From: Octopus sinensis
Lineage: Eukaryota
Assembly: GCF_006345805.1 (NCBI RefSeq)
Contig: NW_021836240.1
Coordinates: forward strand, 1-24,569
Length of the DNA stretch: 24,569 nucleotides
Direction: 5' to 3'
Below are positions 1 to 9,635 of this stretch, in pieces (position 1 is the first letter of the stretch; each line of letters starts with the position of its first letter). The notes below the pieces were generated by a model. It did no database searches. It saw nothing but the letters and a program-made list of their open reading frames with translations, and was not told the DNA's origin. Made by a program: the position numbers and the translations under genes.

Positions 1-29
1 GGTCCTTAGTCTGTAAGTAATACTCCTCA

Positions 30-248
30 CAGAACAAGGGGCCAGTTCATTGCAAGATCAGTCCCTAGATGCCATTGGTACATTCTTTCAGTTAGTACAT
101 TCTTTCTTTTTGTACATTCTTTCAGTACTGAATCAACATGAAATAAAATGCCCTGTCCAAGGACATAACGCGTTGCCTCATGCGAGGATCGAACGCACAC
201 CCAATCAGTCTCGAATTCAGACCCAAACTATTAGGTCAAGCGCTTCCA
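30..248 (-). mobile_element. Diverged tRNA-derived SINE, family D (CORE-like central domain)
   Basis: The reverse complement reads tggaagcgcttgacctaatagtt...gttcgatcctcgc (A- and B-box-like), then gttatgtccttggacagggcattttatttcatgttgattcag. This aligns by eye with the copies at 5075 and 18610. Confidence 0.6.
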
Positions 249-290
249 TGGCTACCACGTAGGGTTGATATAATAAGTATCAATCATATA

Positions 291-650
291 GTAGAGGCGC
301 AATGGCTCAGTGGTTAGGGCAGCAGAGTCGCGGTCGTAGTATCACGGTTTTGATTCCCAAACCGTGCGTTGTGAGTGTTTATTGAACGAAACATCTAAAG
401 CTCCACGAAGCTCCGGCAGGGGTCGTGGCGAACCCTGCTTGTACTCTTTCACCACGACTTTCTCTCACTCTTTCTTCCCGTTGTTGTTGTGCCTGTATTT
501 CAAAGGGCCAGCCTTGTCACACTCTGTGTCACGCTGAATATCCCCGAGAACTACGTTAAGGCTACACGTGTCTGTGGAGTGCTCAGCTTCTTGCACGTTA
601 ATTTCACGAGCAGGCTGTTCCTTTGATCAGATCATCTGGAACCCTCGTCG
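291..650 (+). mobile_element. tRNA-derived SINE, family A, 3' truncated
   Basis: Head gtagaggcgcaatggctcagtggttagggcagc has an A box and a degenerate B box (ggttttgattccc). Colinear along its length with the minus-strand copy at 22921-23253. Confidence 0.85.
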
Positions 651-800
651 ATTGTGAGTAAATACTTGTGATTTAGCTGGAGTTTTCTATTGGTTTTCCT
701 TATCAAAATATTGCGTAATGAAATCGGTTCCTTCACTTTGAATAATCCTGTATAGAATCAGTTAAGAACTGGGGGAAATGATATCGACTAATTCTCTTCT

Positions 801-916
801 CTTTTCAGTTTCTGTCAAGCAAATCTACTCGTAAGGTTTTGGTTGACCCGAGGCTATAATAGAATACGCTTGCCCAAGGTGCCACGTATTGGTACTGAAC
901 CCGGGATAATGTAGTT
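801..916 (-). mobile_element. SINE family C, diverged 5' fragment
   Basis: Reverse complement contains gttcagtacc...gtggcaccttgggcaagcgtattct...gacagaaactgaaaag, matching the head/core of the full C copies (15899, 18915, 20710). Confidence 0.75.
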
Positions 917-1099
917 ATGTATGCATGTATGCTTATGTATATATATAGATATATATATATATATATATATAATATATATATATATATTTATGTATGTGTT
1001 TGTCTGTCTACCTTTCTCTTTCCTTCACTTGTCCTTTATAACATCTCCACACGCCTTTCTGTTTCTGCCCCACACCTAACCCTAATCACCCCACCCATC

Positions 1100-1185
1100 A
1101 CCAGGGCTTTGGTCGGCCTGAGGCTTTAGGAAAAGACCCTTGCCCAAGGTGCCACACGTGATACTGAACTCAGGGCCATGTGGTT
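1100..1185 (-). mobile_element. SINE family C, diverged 5' fragment
   Basis: cttgcccaaggtgccac at 1139-1155 is identical to 869-885. Reverse complement matches the C head/core. Confidence 0.75.
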
Positions 1186-1200
1186 ATGTATGTATGTATA

Positions 1201-1740
1201 CAGGAAGTAGATAGACACCTTTAATTTTCTAAATTTCTGATCTAAGCGTCTTAATATGTTTTCAGCGGTGTAGAATTTTTCATTCCAGCTGCCATTATAT
1301 TAAACATTTGCGAATGGTAACCATGCCACGCACAGAAAATTCAGCAGAACTGTCAGAGTTTCAAAGAGGTTGTATTGTTGGGCAATATGAGGCTGGTCTT
1401 AGCCAGCGAAAAATTGCTGAAAATCTTCAAATTCCTCTTGCAACTGTTAATAGAATTATAGTGCAATTCAAAAGTCAAGGAAAAGAATCAACAGATTCTC
1501 ATCCCAGCTGACCTGGTCCCTCGGAAAGGAAGCTCCGCTGTTTGAAGAGAATTGTGGAAAACGAACTCCGTTCAAAGTCTTCTGACATTGAAAAATAGCT
1601 AGAAGTTAGTCCAAGAATGTGGGTTACATATCTGCATAGGTTTGCGTATTATGGACGAGTAGCTAGAAGAAAACCTCTCCTTTAACCAATTAATATCAAA
1701 TAAAAGATTTTGAAAATTAAAGGTGTCTATTTACTTCCTG
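1201..1740 (+). mobile_element. Internally deleted Tc1/mariner DNA transposon (540 bp, non-autonomous)
   Basis: TIRs 1201-1229 (caggaagtagatagacacctttaattttc) and 1712-1740 match at 28/29 positions. TA lies on the left flank and CA (a probable mutated TA) on the right. A transposase N-terminus lies inside. Confidence 0.92.
1323..1700 (+). pseudogene. Tc1-like transposase pseudogene, N-terminal DNA-binding region only
   Basis: One frame with no frameshift: [123 protein letters not shown]. It shows an HTH pattern, a decayed GRP linker and the Tc1-typical (A)RRKPLL motif. Stops at 1509, 1596 and 1683; the DDE domain is absent. Confidence 0.88.
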
Positions 1741-2057
1741 CATGTCTGTGTATATATGTGTGTTATCTCTGTCCATCTGTCTGTCTGTCTGTCTCTGTCT
1801 CTCTCTCCCTCTCTCTCTCTCTCTCTCCTTCACTTGTCCTGAAAAGACAGGTGAAGTAACTAACATCTTCACTAGCCCTTTCTATTACTTTCCCAACCTA
1901 ACCTTACCTTACACCCTACCCATTAACCAGGGCTTCTCCAGTTGGTGCAAACCATAACAAACTGGGATCCCTTCGCCACCCCTCCTTACTACTCCTCTCT
2001 CCCAACCCATATCAACATCAATACGACCAATAGCTTGTCAACATGACAGCTTAAACG

Positions 2058-2200
2058 TGGTGACCCCAACTTGCTAGAAAAAAGCAGCCAAATTCGCTCG
2101 AATACCTCTTCTACTTAAAGCGTGGTCAACGTGGTTTATGATTAAAAAAAAGGTTGGATAGTCACGACTGGAACGCCTTGATCAGAGGCATTCTTAATAG
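2058..2200 (+). repeat. Diverged interspersed repeat, family E (probable SINE 3' region)
   Basis: Shares gctagaaa(a/t)agcagccaaat and ggat(a/g)gtca...cctt(g/t)atca motifs with 7720-7845 (minus) and 18385-18500. Confidence 0.5.
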
Positions 2201-2256
2201 GGGCAGAAATAGTTTTAGACACCAACTTCAGCAATTCGTCCAGCCGACTCTGTTAC

Positions 2257-3580
2257 ACCACCACCACCACCACTACCACCACTACCACCACCACCACCAC
2301 CACCACCACCACTACCACCAGCAACAACAACAGCAACAACATTACCACCATCCCCACCAGCAACAACAACAACATTACCCCCATCCCCACTCGACACCAC
2401 CATCAGCATTACCAACCATAACACCACCATCAGCAATTCGTCCACCCCGCTCTGTTACACCACCATCAACACCACCACCAGCAACAACAACAACAACAAC
2501 ATTACCCCCCCACCACTAACCCCAGCACCACCACCATCACTATCATGAGCATCACGATCAACAATTCCATCACGCCACCACCACCACCACCACCACTACA
2601 ACCACTAACACTTCCACCACCATACTCCAGCCATACCATCACCATCACCACCATCACAATTTCCACCACCAACCACCAACCACCAACAACAACAGCAATA
2701 CTGCCACTATCACCAACTCTGACATCAGCACACCCCTACCACTACCAACAACCTCCTACAGCACCACCTCCACCACAACCACCAATACAACATGAATTCC
2801 CTACTCGCACCACTACCAAAATCATTACCATCAGCGCCAATCCTAAAATTCACCGCCACTACGACCACCACCACAACTACCACCATCACCACCATCAATA
2901 GTAACAACAACACTGCCATCGCCTCCATAACCACTACCATCACCACCACCACCGCCGCCGCCGCCGCCAACCAACGAGACTGTCATTTTCTCTACTACTG
3001 TCACCACCAAAACTACCACAATCACCTTCACCACCACCACAAACCATCACCACCACTACCACCACCGCCGCCGCCGCCGCCTCCACCAACCAACGAAAAT
3101 GTCATCGTTTCTATAACCACCACTACCAACATCAATAGCATCATCACCACTACTACCACCACCACCACCAAAACTACCACCATCGCCGTCACCACAACCA
3201 TCATCACCACCACAACCACCACTACCATCACCACACTACCACCACTACTACCACCAAAACTACCATCATCGCCGTCACCATAACCACCACAACCACCACT
3301 ACCACCATCGCCGTCACCTCAACCATCACCACCACCACCACCACCACCACCACTACCATCACCACCACCACCACTACCACCACTACCAAAACTACCACTA
3401 TCACCGTCACCACAACTCCCACCACCACCACCACCACCACACCCACCGCCGCCGCCACCACGATCATCGCTACCACAATCAACACCGCCAAAAACACCAC
3501 CACTACCAGTAGCCATAGCAACGCCACCGCTACGTCACCACAAAACAGCAACGCCAACAACAACAACAACAACCACCGTC
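2257..3580 (+). repeat. Large imperfect (ACC)n/(AAC)n/(ATC)n trinucleotide tract
   Basis: Directly visible; accounts for the poly-H/T/P and poly-V/G ORFs in the track. Confidence 0.97.
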
Positions 3581-3664
3581 CCTACCAGCAATTGCACGTG
3601 TTATCCAATTATAGGTCAACACTATCAGACGGGAACGGATCACGTGTTTGGCAAGTTTATATTT

Positions 3665-4010
3665 TGACTGGCTGGCCTGGCTTGACTGTCTCTCTGTCTG
3701 CCTGTCTGGCTGTCTGTCTGTCCGGCCGACCTTGCTGTCAGTGTGTCTGCCTGCCTGTCTGTCTTAATGTCTATTTGTCTGTCTGTCCGTCCGTCTGTCC
3801 GGCCTCCTTGTCTATGTCTGGCTGGCTGGCTTGCAGGTTTGTTGGCTTGCTGCCTTGTCTGTTTGGCAGGCCTTAACCTGCCTTGTCTCTCTCTCTGTCA
3901 CTCAGTTTATCTGACTGTCTGTATGTCTGCCTGTGTGTGTGCCTGCCTGCCTGCCTGCCTGCCTGCTTGCTGTCTGTCTGTCTGTCTGTCTGGCTGACTG
4001 ACTGGCTAAC
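3665..4010 (+). repeat. Compound (GTCT)n/(GCCT)n/(GGCT)n tetranucleotide low-complexity tract
   Basis: Directly visible. Confidence 0.9.
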
Positions 4011-4052
4011 CAGTCAAGCTAGATTACTAGTCGAGGTTAGCTTGACGGAAAT

Positions 4053-4463
4053 GGCGAGCTGGTAGAAACGTTAGCACGCCGGGCGAAATGCTTAGCGGTA
4101 TTTTGTCTGCCGTTACGTTGTGAGTTCAAATTCCGCCGAGGTCGACTTTGCCTTTCATCCTTTCGGGGTCGATAAATTAAGTACCAGTTACGCACTGGGG
4201 TCGATGTAATCGACTTAATACCTATGTCTGTCCTTGTTTGTCCCCTCTGTGTTTAGCCCCTTGTGGGTAGTAAAGGAATGGGTATTTCGTCTGCGTTACG
4301 TTGTGAGTTCAAATTCCGCCGAGGTCGACTTTGCCTTTCATCCTTTCGGGGTCGATAAATAAAGTACCAGTTACGCACTGGGTTCGATGTAATCGACTTA
4401 ATACCTATGTCTGTCCTTGTTTGTCCCCCCTGTGTTTAGCCCCTTGTGGGCAATAAAGAAATA
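4053..4463 (+). mobile_element. SINE family B, tandem dimer (full unit 4053-4280 plus headless unit 4281-4463)
   Basis: Head ggcgagctggtagaaacgttagc, B-box-like gagttcaaattcc, body gtcgactttgcctttcatcctttcggggtcgataaattaagtacc, tail cccttgtggg...aaagaaata. The second unit restarts at ggtatttcg. Confidence 0.9.
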
Positions 4464-4533
4464 GGTAAGCATTTATTTCCGTTGGTCTTTCTTTCTGTCT
4501 ATTCAAGGGTAGATCAACGAGCAAAGCTGGCAA

Positions 4534-4732
4534 GAGCAGCATGGCTCATTGGTTAAGAAATTTCACATCGCATTTATGGGAGCGCGGGTTCGTTCCTACA
4601 ACGTGGAGGCTTGGACTATTATTATTACTTTTTTTTTCTTTACTCTTGCTTCGAATCGATCCATTCTTCCTCAATAAAATTGGGTAGACGGAAACTGTGT
4701 GGAAGCCCATGGAATGGATTGTATCTGTAATT
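4534..4732 (+). mobile_element. Old tRNA-derived SINE relic distantly related to family C
   Basis: A-box-like tggctcattggtt and B-box-like gggttcgttcc, followed by gggtagacggaaactg...gaagccc, which is shared with family C. Confidence 0.55.
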
Positions 4733-5023
4733 ATCCATCGCTGTCACCATAACCACCACAACCACCACTACCATCACCACCACTACCACCACCACCACCA
4801 CCAAAACTACCATCATCGCCGTCACCATAACCACCACAACCACCACTACCACCATCGCCGTCACCACAACCATCACTACCATCACCACCACTACCACTAA
4901 TAGTGACGACTATTATTATTACTTTTTTCTTTACTCTTGCTTCGAATCGATCCATTCTTCCTCAATAAAATTGGGTAGACGGAAACTGTGTGGAAGCCCA
5001 TGGAATGGATTGTATCTGTAATT
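4614..5023 (+). repeat. Direct duplication (4614-4732 / 4908-5023) flanking a 175-bp (ACC)n insert
   Basis: The two copies are identical except for a T9 versus T6 run. The insert matches 3250-3329 at 79/80 nt. Confidence 0.93.
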
Positions 5024-5074
5024 CAAAGGCACATGCTTTGTTACAAAGTGTGTCAGACTGAATTAGCATAAGAA

Positions 5075-5540
5075 GGAGGCGTGTGGCTTAATGATTAGGG
5101 GTGTTGGACTCATGGTCGTGAAATCCTGGTTTCGATTCCTGGACCGGGTGACAGGATGTACGCTTGAGCAAAACACTTCATTTCACGTTGTTCCAGCCCA
5201 CTCAGCTGGCAAGTCTTAGTAATCCTGCGACGGACCGGCTTCCTGTCTAGGAAACTGGGAAGCTGGCCCTTATGCATCTATGCGTCTTATGGACGCCGGG
5301 AAAGTGGCCCTTATGCGTCTTATGAACACCGGGAAAGTGGCCCTTATGCGTCTATGTGTCTTATGGACACCGGGAAACCGGCCCTTATGTGTCTATGCGT
5401 CTTATGGACACCGGGAAACCGGCCCTTATGCGTCTATGCGTCTTATGGACCCCGGGAAACCGGCCCTTGTGCGTCTATGCATAAACCGAGAAACCGGGAA
5501 ATCGGCCCTTATGCGTCTATGAGACTCGGGAAGGCGCTTA
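5075..5540 (+). mobile_element. SINE family D copy carrying an internal minisatellite expansion
   Basis: Head ggaggcgtgtggcttaatgattagggg, B box gtttcgattcc, CORE-like cttgagcaaaacacttcatttcacgttg. Colinear with 18610-18868. Confidence 0.8.
5255..5535 (+). repeat. Minisatellite, about 7 units of 41 bp (ccgggaaaccggcccttatgcgtctatgcgtcttatggaca)
   Basis: Unit starts at 5255, 5296, 5329, 5370, 5411, 5452 and 5494 (spacings 41, 33, 41, 41, 41, 42). Confidence 0.93.
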
Positions 5541-5834
5541 CATCGAACATGTATATACGTATTTGGGGAACTCTCAACCATTTATATGCAAATTTAATGA
5601 GTCGGTAGTTCAGCAGATCCGACTACTGAATACGCATCGTCGAAGCCGACGGAGATCCATTTACTCACCATCTAGTCACAATTATCTGTCTGTCTGTCTG
5701 TCTAGCTGGCTGGCCGTCAAAGCCTGTACCTGCAAATTTGTCTGTTTCTCTGGCTCTCACTGATTGGCTTGTTGGTTTGTATGCGTGACAGTCTGTCTGT
5801 GTAACGTTGACCTCTTCACCTCGCATAATTATAT

Positions 5835-6461
5835 GAACTAAGAGAGAAAAAGGGGAAAGAGAAAGGGAGAGAGATGGGGGAAAAGAAAAAGAGAAGAAAG
5901 GAGGAGGATGAGAAATAGAAGGAGGAGGAAAAGAAGACGAAAGCAAAGAAGAAAAATTATGAGGAGGAACAGAAGGGGAAGACAACATTGGTAAATATGG
6001 CACGTGTAAGTCTACGTATGTATGTATTTTGGCATGCCGAGAAAGAGAGAAGAGGAGAGAGAGAGAGAGAGGGAGAGACAGGGAGAGAGAGAGTTGAAGG
6101 AAGAGTGAGTGGTGGTGTTTGTGGTGTATGCATGGAGAGATGGGATGTGTAATAAGAGTACGTAATGGTGTGTGGTGATATATATATTATATATATATAT
6201 ATATTATATATATATATATATATATTATATATTATATATATATATCATATATATATATATAGTATATTATATAATATATATAAATATGCGTCGTGCTTGT
6301 TTCTGCGTATGTAAGTGTATATGTCTGCAATGAGAGAGAGAGAGAGAGAGAGGAGAGAGAGGAGAGAGAGATGGAGTGGAAGAGAAACAGAGAGAGAAGG
6401 TGTGTATATAGTGGTACTTGCAGTCATGGGATACTAAATATGGTACGTTACGTTCATGCGC

Positions 6462-6507
<46 letters not shown>

Positions 6508-6610
6508 TGCGTGCGTGCGTGTGCGTGTGTGTATACGTGTGTGGGTATGTGTATCTGCCTCGGTCGAAACTGAGAAGGTTAGTTAGAGAGAGAGAGAGAG
6601 AGAGAATGAG
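5835..6610 (+). repeat. Microsatellite cluster: GA-rich purine tract, (TA)n, (GA)n, (GT)n
   Basis: Directly visible. Confidence 0.9.
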
Positions 6611-6789
6611 AAAAATATATGTTTAATGTACAAAGTATGTGGTTATGAACTATTAATAGTTTCATACACTGGAGATGTTGCCTAGGCAGGTTTTAATGAC
6701 ACGCCTAGTGTGTCCAAGCAATCGATTGGCTCTGAGCACATTCATATACACATACGTGCTTGTCTCTTCCAGTGGAAGCGAGAGAGCAA

Positions 6790-7320
6790 TATGTATGAAG
6801 CTTGTGCATGTATGGAAGCACAGATGCATGCCGTGCATGTGCGTATGTATGTTTGCATGCATGATTGTATGCATGTATACATGTACACATGTGGGTATAC
6901 ATGCATGTAAGCATCTTTGCATATTTGTTTAAATGTATGCATCTTTGCACGTATGTATACATGTATCCATGCATGTTTGTATGAATGTTTGTATGCATGT
7001 ATGTATGCCTGCCTGCATGTATGCATACGTGTAGGCATGTGTAAATGCATGCATGTATGTAAGCATGCTTGCATGTTTGTCTATATGTATGCATGTTTGC
7101 ATATATGTATAGATGCAAATATATACGAACGATTATATGTATATATGCAAATATATATATGAACAAATGTATATATGCAAATATATATATGAAAAAATGC
7201 ATATATGCAAATATTTATCAACAAATGTATATATGCAAATATATATATAAACAAATGTATATATGCAAACATATCTGAACAGATGTATGTATGCAATATA
7301 TATATAAACAAATGTATGTA
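6790..7320 (+). repeat. Degenerate (ATGC/ATGT)n tract grading into a 28-30 bp minisatellite (atatatgcaaatatatatatgaacaaatgt)
   Basis: Units at 7141, 7171, 7201 and 7229, continuing to about 7320. Confidence 0.85.
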
Positions 7321-7334
7321 CGCATGCCTTTTAT

Positions 7335-7645
7335 ACGCTTTGCGTAGCCGGCCCAACGCATCTGAGATGCTTGTGCATCCTACCTTTATAAGGAGGCTCG
7401 GGCACCATGTCGAGTGCTTTGCTTTGCCGCCTGATATTGAATGTGTTCCAAGCATTTTTGATGAATGCGCTGGAGCACCTTGAGTTCACTATGAACAGTA
7501 TGTACTGCCCATTTTCAAAAACGTACAATGCAGCCGTTGGTATGCATGCATTGGAAGCGCTCAACTTTGTCTTGGTGACGCTACGATTTGTCCACACTAT
7601 CTTTGCCAGCGTCTCAAAGGTTACATCATTTTTTCGGCTGCTATT
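7335..7645 (-). pseudogene. Decayed LINE reverse-transcriptase C-terminal fragment, RTE-clade-like
   Basis: Frameshift-stitched translation: TFETLAKIVWTNRSVTKTKLSASNACIPTAALY / W(7511)AVHTVHSELKVLQRIHQKCL / NIRRQ / QMRWAG(7364-7347). The order resembles the recalled RTE pattern F.RL..RVW....TK..VYNAC...LLY..ETW......L..FH.RCL..I..IRWQ...QLRWAGH. Confidence 0.65.
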
Positions 7646-7719
7646 TCTTGCAGTCTTAGAGGCTCCTCTCGTTTGTAGTAGTAATAATAATTGCTTACGT
7701 TGGGCTATTTCTTGCTTAA

Positions 7720-7845
7720 CATCTCTGATGAAAAGTGACCATCCCACGTTTTTAAGAGTACAAAGGATTCCGTCATCTAATATGTCTTCTTTTCATATGA
7801 TGAGGGATTTGATTAAGATTTAACTGCTATTTCTTGCAGCTCGAG
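7720..7845 (-). repeat. Family E repeat relic
   Basis: Reverse complement gcaagaaatagcagttaaatct...gggatggtcac matches motifs at 2058-2200 and 18385-18500. Confidence 0.5.
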
Positions 7846-8227
7846 CGTCTGTGCAGAGGCTAGGAACTCGGAGAAGTTTAGCGTTGTGGAAGTGGTTTAA
7901 AGAACGAATGTAATTGTGGGTAGAGGTGAATGTGATAAAGCAGGCTAGACATAAGTGAACACAAGTAGAGCTAATTTTAAAGGATAAGAACAGAGATAAT
8001 GTGATAATGTGCTGGGGTTGCGAAGAGAAGCGGGGGTACTGTTAGATGGTGCAGGATCCGAATGGGTGGAGGGGGGAGTAGGTGCGGTCGTTGTTGCAGA
8101 AAAGAATGCGTGCTGATATGAGGTAGATAGAGGTAGTTGCGAAGATGGATAGGTGTGGACATGATGAGCTGGAAGTGCAGGAACTGAAGAAATTAAATCT
8201 GGAACAGAGGTAAGTTCAATGTGGAGA

Positions 8228-8580
8228 TGGGTAGTGGTAATGGTGGTGGTGGTGTTGGTTGTGGTTGGTGGTGGTGGTTGTGGTGGTGGAGTTGGTGGTG
8301 GTAGTAGTAGTGGTGGTGGTGATGGTGGTGCAGGTGGTGGTGGTAGTAGTAGTGGTGGTGGTGGTGGTACTAATAGTGGTTGTTGCGGTGGTAGTGGTGG
8401 TGGTGAGATGGTGGAGGTGGAGGTGGTGGTGGTGGTGGTGGAGGTGGTGGTTGTGGAGGTGGTGGTTGTGGTGGTGGTGGGTAAGAATAACTGTAAAAAT
8501 GTTTTAGTAATGAGGAATTGAGGTGGATAATGGTGGTGCTGATAGATGTCACTATGGTGGTGGTGGTGGTGGTGGTGGTT
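8228..8580 (+). repeat. (GGT)n trinucleotide tract, opposite strand sense to the ACC tracts
   Basis: Directly visible. Confidence 0.95.
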
Positions 8581-8869
8581 ATGTTAGTAGTGATTGTAAG
8601 AGTAATTAGGGTGGGTAGTAGAGGTACTAGTGATGATAGTTGTAGGTTGGGTTCTGTGGTGGTCCTAGATCTGGTGTTGGGGACGAAAATACTGCCTCCG
8701 AATGCCGAAATTTAACGATGAGTTCAAGGACACAAAGAAAATTGGTGGTTTAATGGATGACATGTGAACTCAAGGGACAAGAAGAGCCCCTAAAAAGTAG
8801 ACAGAAAGGCATACACATTCCCAACCACTCATACACACACGCACCACACACATATATAAATATACGTAC

Positions 8870-9023
8870 ACATACTTACATAATTATATACATACATATA
8901 CATATACGGATATATATATATATATTATTACACACACATGCATACGTGTATGTGTGTACGTATGCAGTATGTATGTATACTGTAATATAAATGCATGTAA
9001 TTATATAAGTATTTATGTGTGTG

Positions 9024-9118
<95 letters not shown>

Positions 9119-9165
9119 TATATGTATGTATATATATACATACGTATGTATGTATGTATACATAC
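8870..9165 (+). repeat. (TA)n/(TATG)n compound microsatellite
   Basis: Directly visible; a second (TA)n tract lies at about 9350-9478. Confidence 0.93.
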
Positions 9166-9169
9166 AGTA

Positions 9170-9320
9170 ATCCGCAAAGGAACAAACACAAAAAAACAAC
9201 AAACGCGAGGACGTTGTATTAGCAGACGCTCGAGGAAGAAAAGAAAGATGGTTTAAACGTTTTGAGCAGACGCCTTCTTCGAAAACAGAGGGAAGACGGA
9301 GGAAAAAAATCGCCAACGAC
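9170..9320 (-). repeat. Possible Penelope-like-element terminal fragment with a dead hammerhead-like core
   Basis: Minus strand reads gttt-TCGAAGA-aggcgtctgctc-AAAAC-GTT-taaac (9286-9251). The assignment relies on recalled motif layout. Confidence 0.35.
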
Positions 9321-9487
9321 TCAAATGGTGGTTAAGCATACATTTAGATGTATATGTATATATATAGTATATATAGATATAATATATAATATATATATTA
9401 TATATATATATATACTATATATATTATATATATATATATTATATATATATATATGTATGTATATATATATATATGTATAATTTATCA

Positions 9488-9635
9488 TTTAGGTTATCTA
9501 AGGGATACGCCACGCTGGGAAATAGCAGCCAAAACCTGACACTAAAACCACATTAAATGTTCATACAAGAGAGAAGACAAAAAGAGAATTTAATAGCAAA
9601 ATTTACAGCGTGGCGGTATTCTTAGATACCCTAAA
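9488..9635. mobile_element. Candidate MITE / foldback element with about 30-bp imperfect inverted repeats
   Basis: Left arm tttaggttatctaagggatacgccacgctg (9488-9517) versus right arm cagcgtggcggtattcttagataccctaaa (9606-9635): about 27 of 31 aligned positions are complementary. Confidence 0.6.

Noticed and set aside
291-370. tRNA genes at SINE heads (291, 5075, 15899, 18610, 23253 and others)
   Set aside because: A and B boxes are present but no complete cloverleaf is evident, and each head continues into a repeated SINE body.
2154-3572. Long poly-His/Thr/Pro/Val/Gly ORFs (also 4640-4955, 8219-8715, 13901-15825)
   Set aside because: Stop-free by construction in (ACC)n/(GGT)n tracts, open in several frames on both strands, with no splice or domain support.
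5255-5535. CRISPR-like array
   Set aside because: The units are contiguous with no unique spacers, lie in a eukaryotic SINE, and have no cas genes nearby.
6662-7278. Overlapping Cys/Met/Tyr/His-rich ORFs (also 8928-9316, 10734-11178, 12500-13526)
   Set aside because: Translations of (ATGC), (TA), (ATCT) and (TG) repeats.
7407-7823. 138-aa plus-strand ORF as a real gene
   Set aside because: It is antisense to the RTE-like fossil and overlaps a family-E relic; no recognisable domain.
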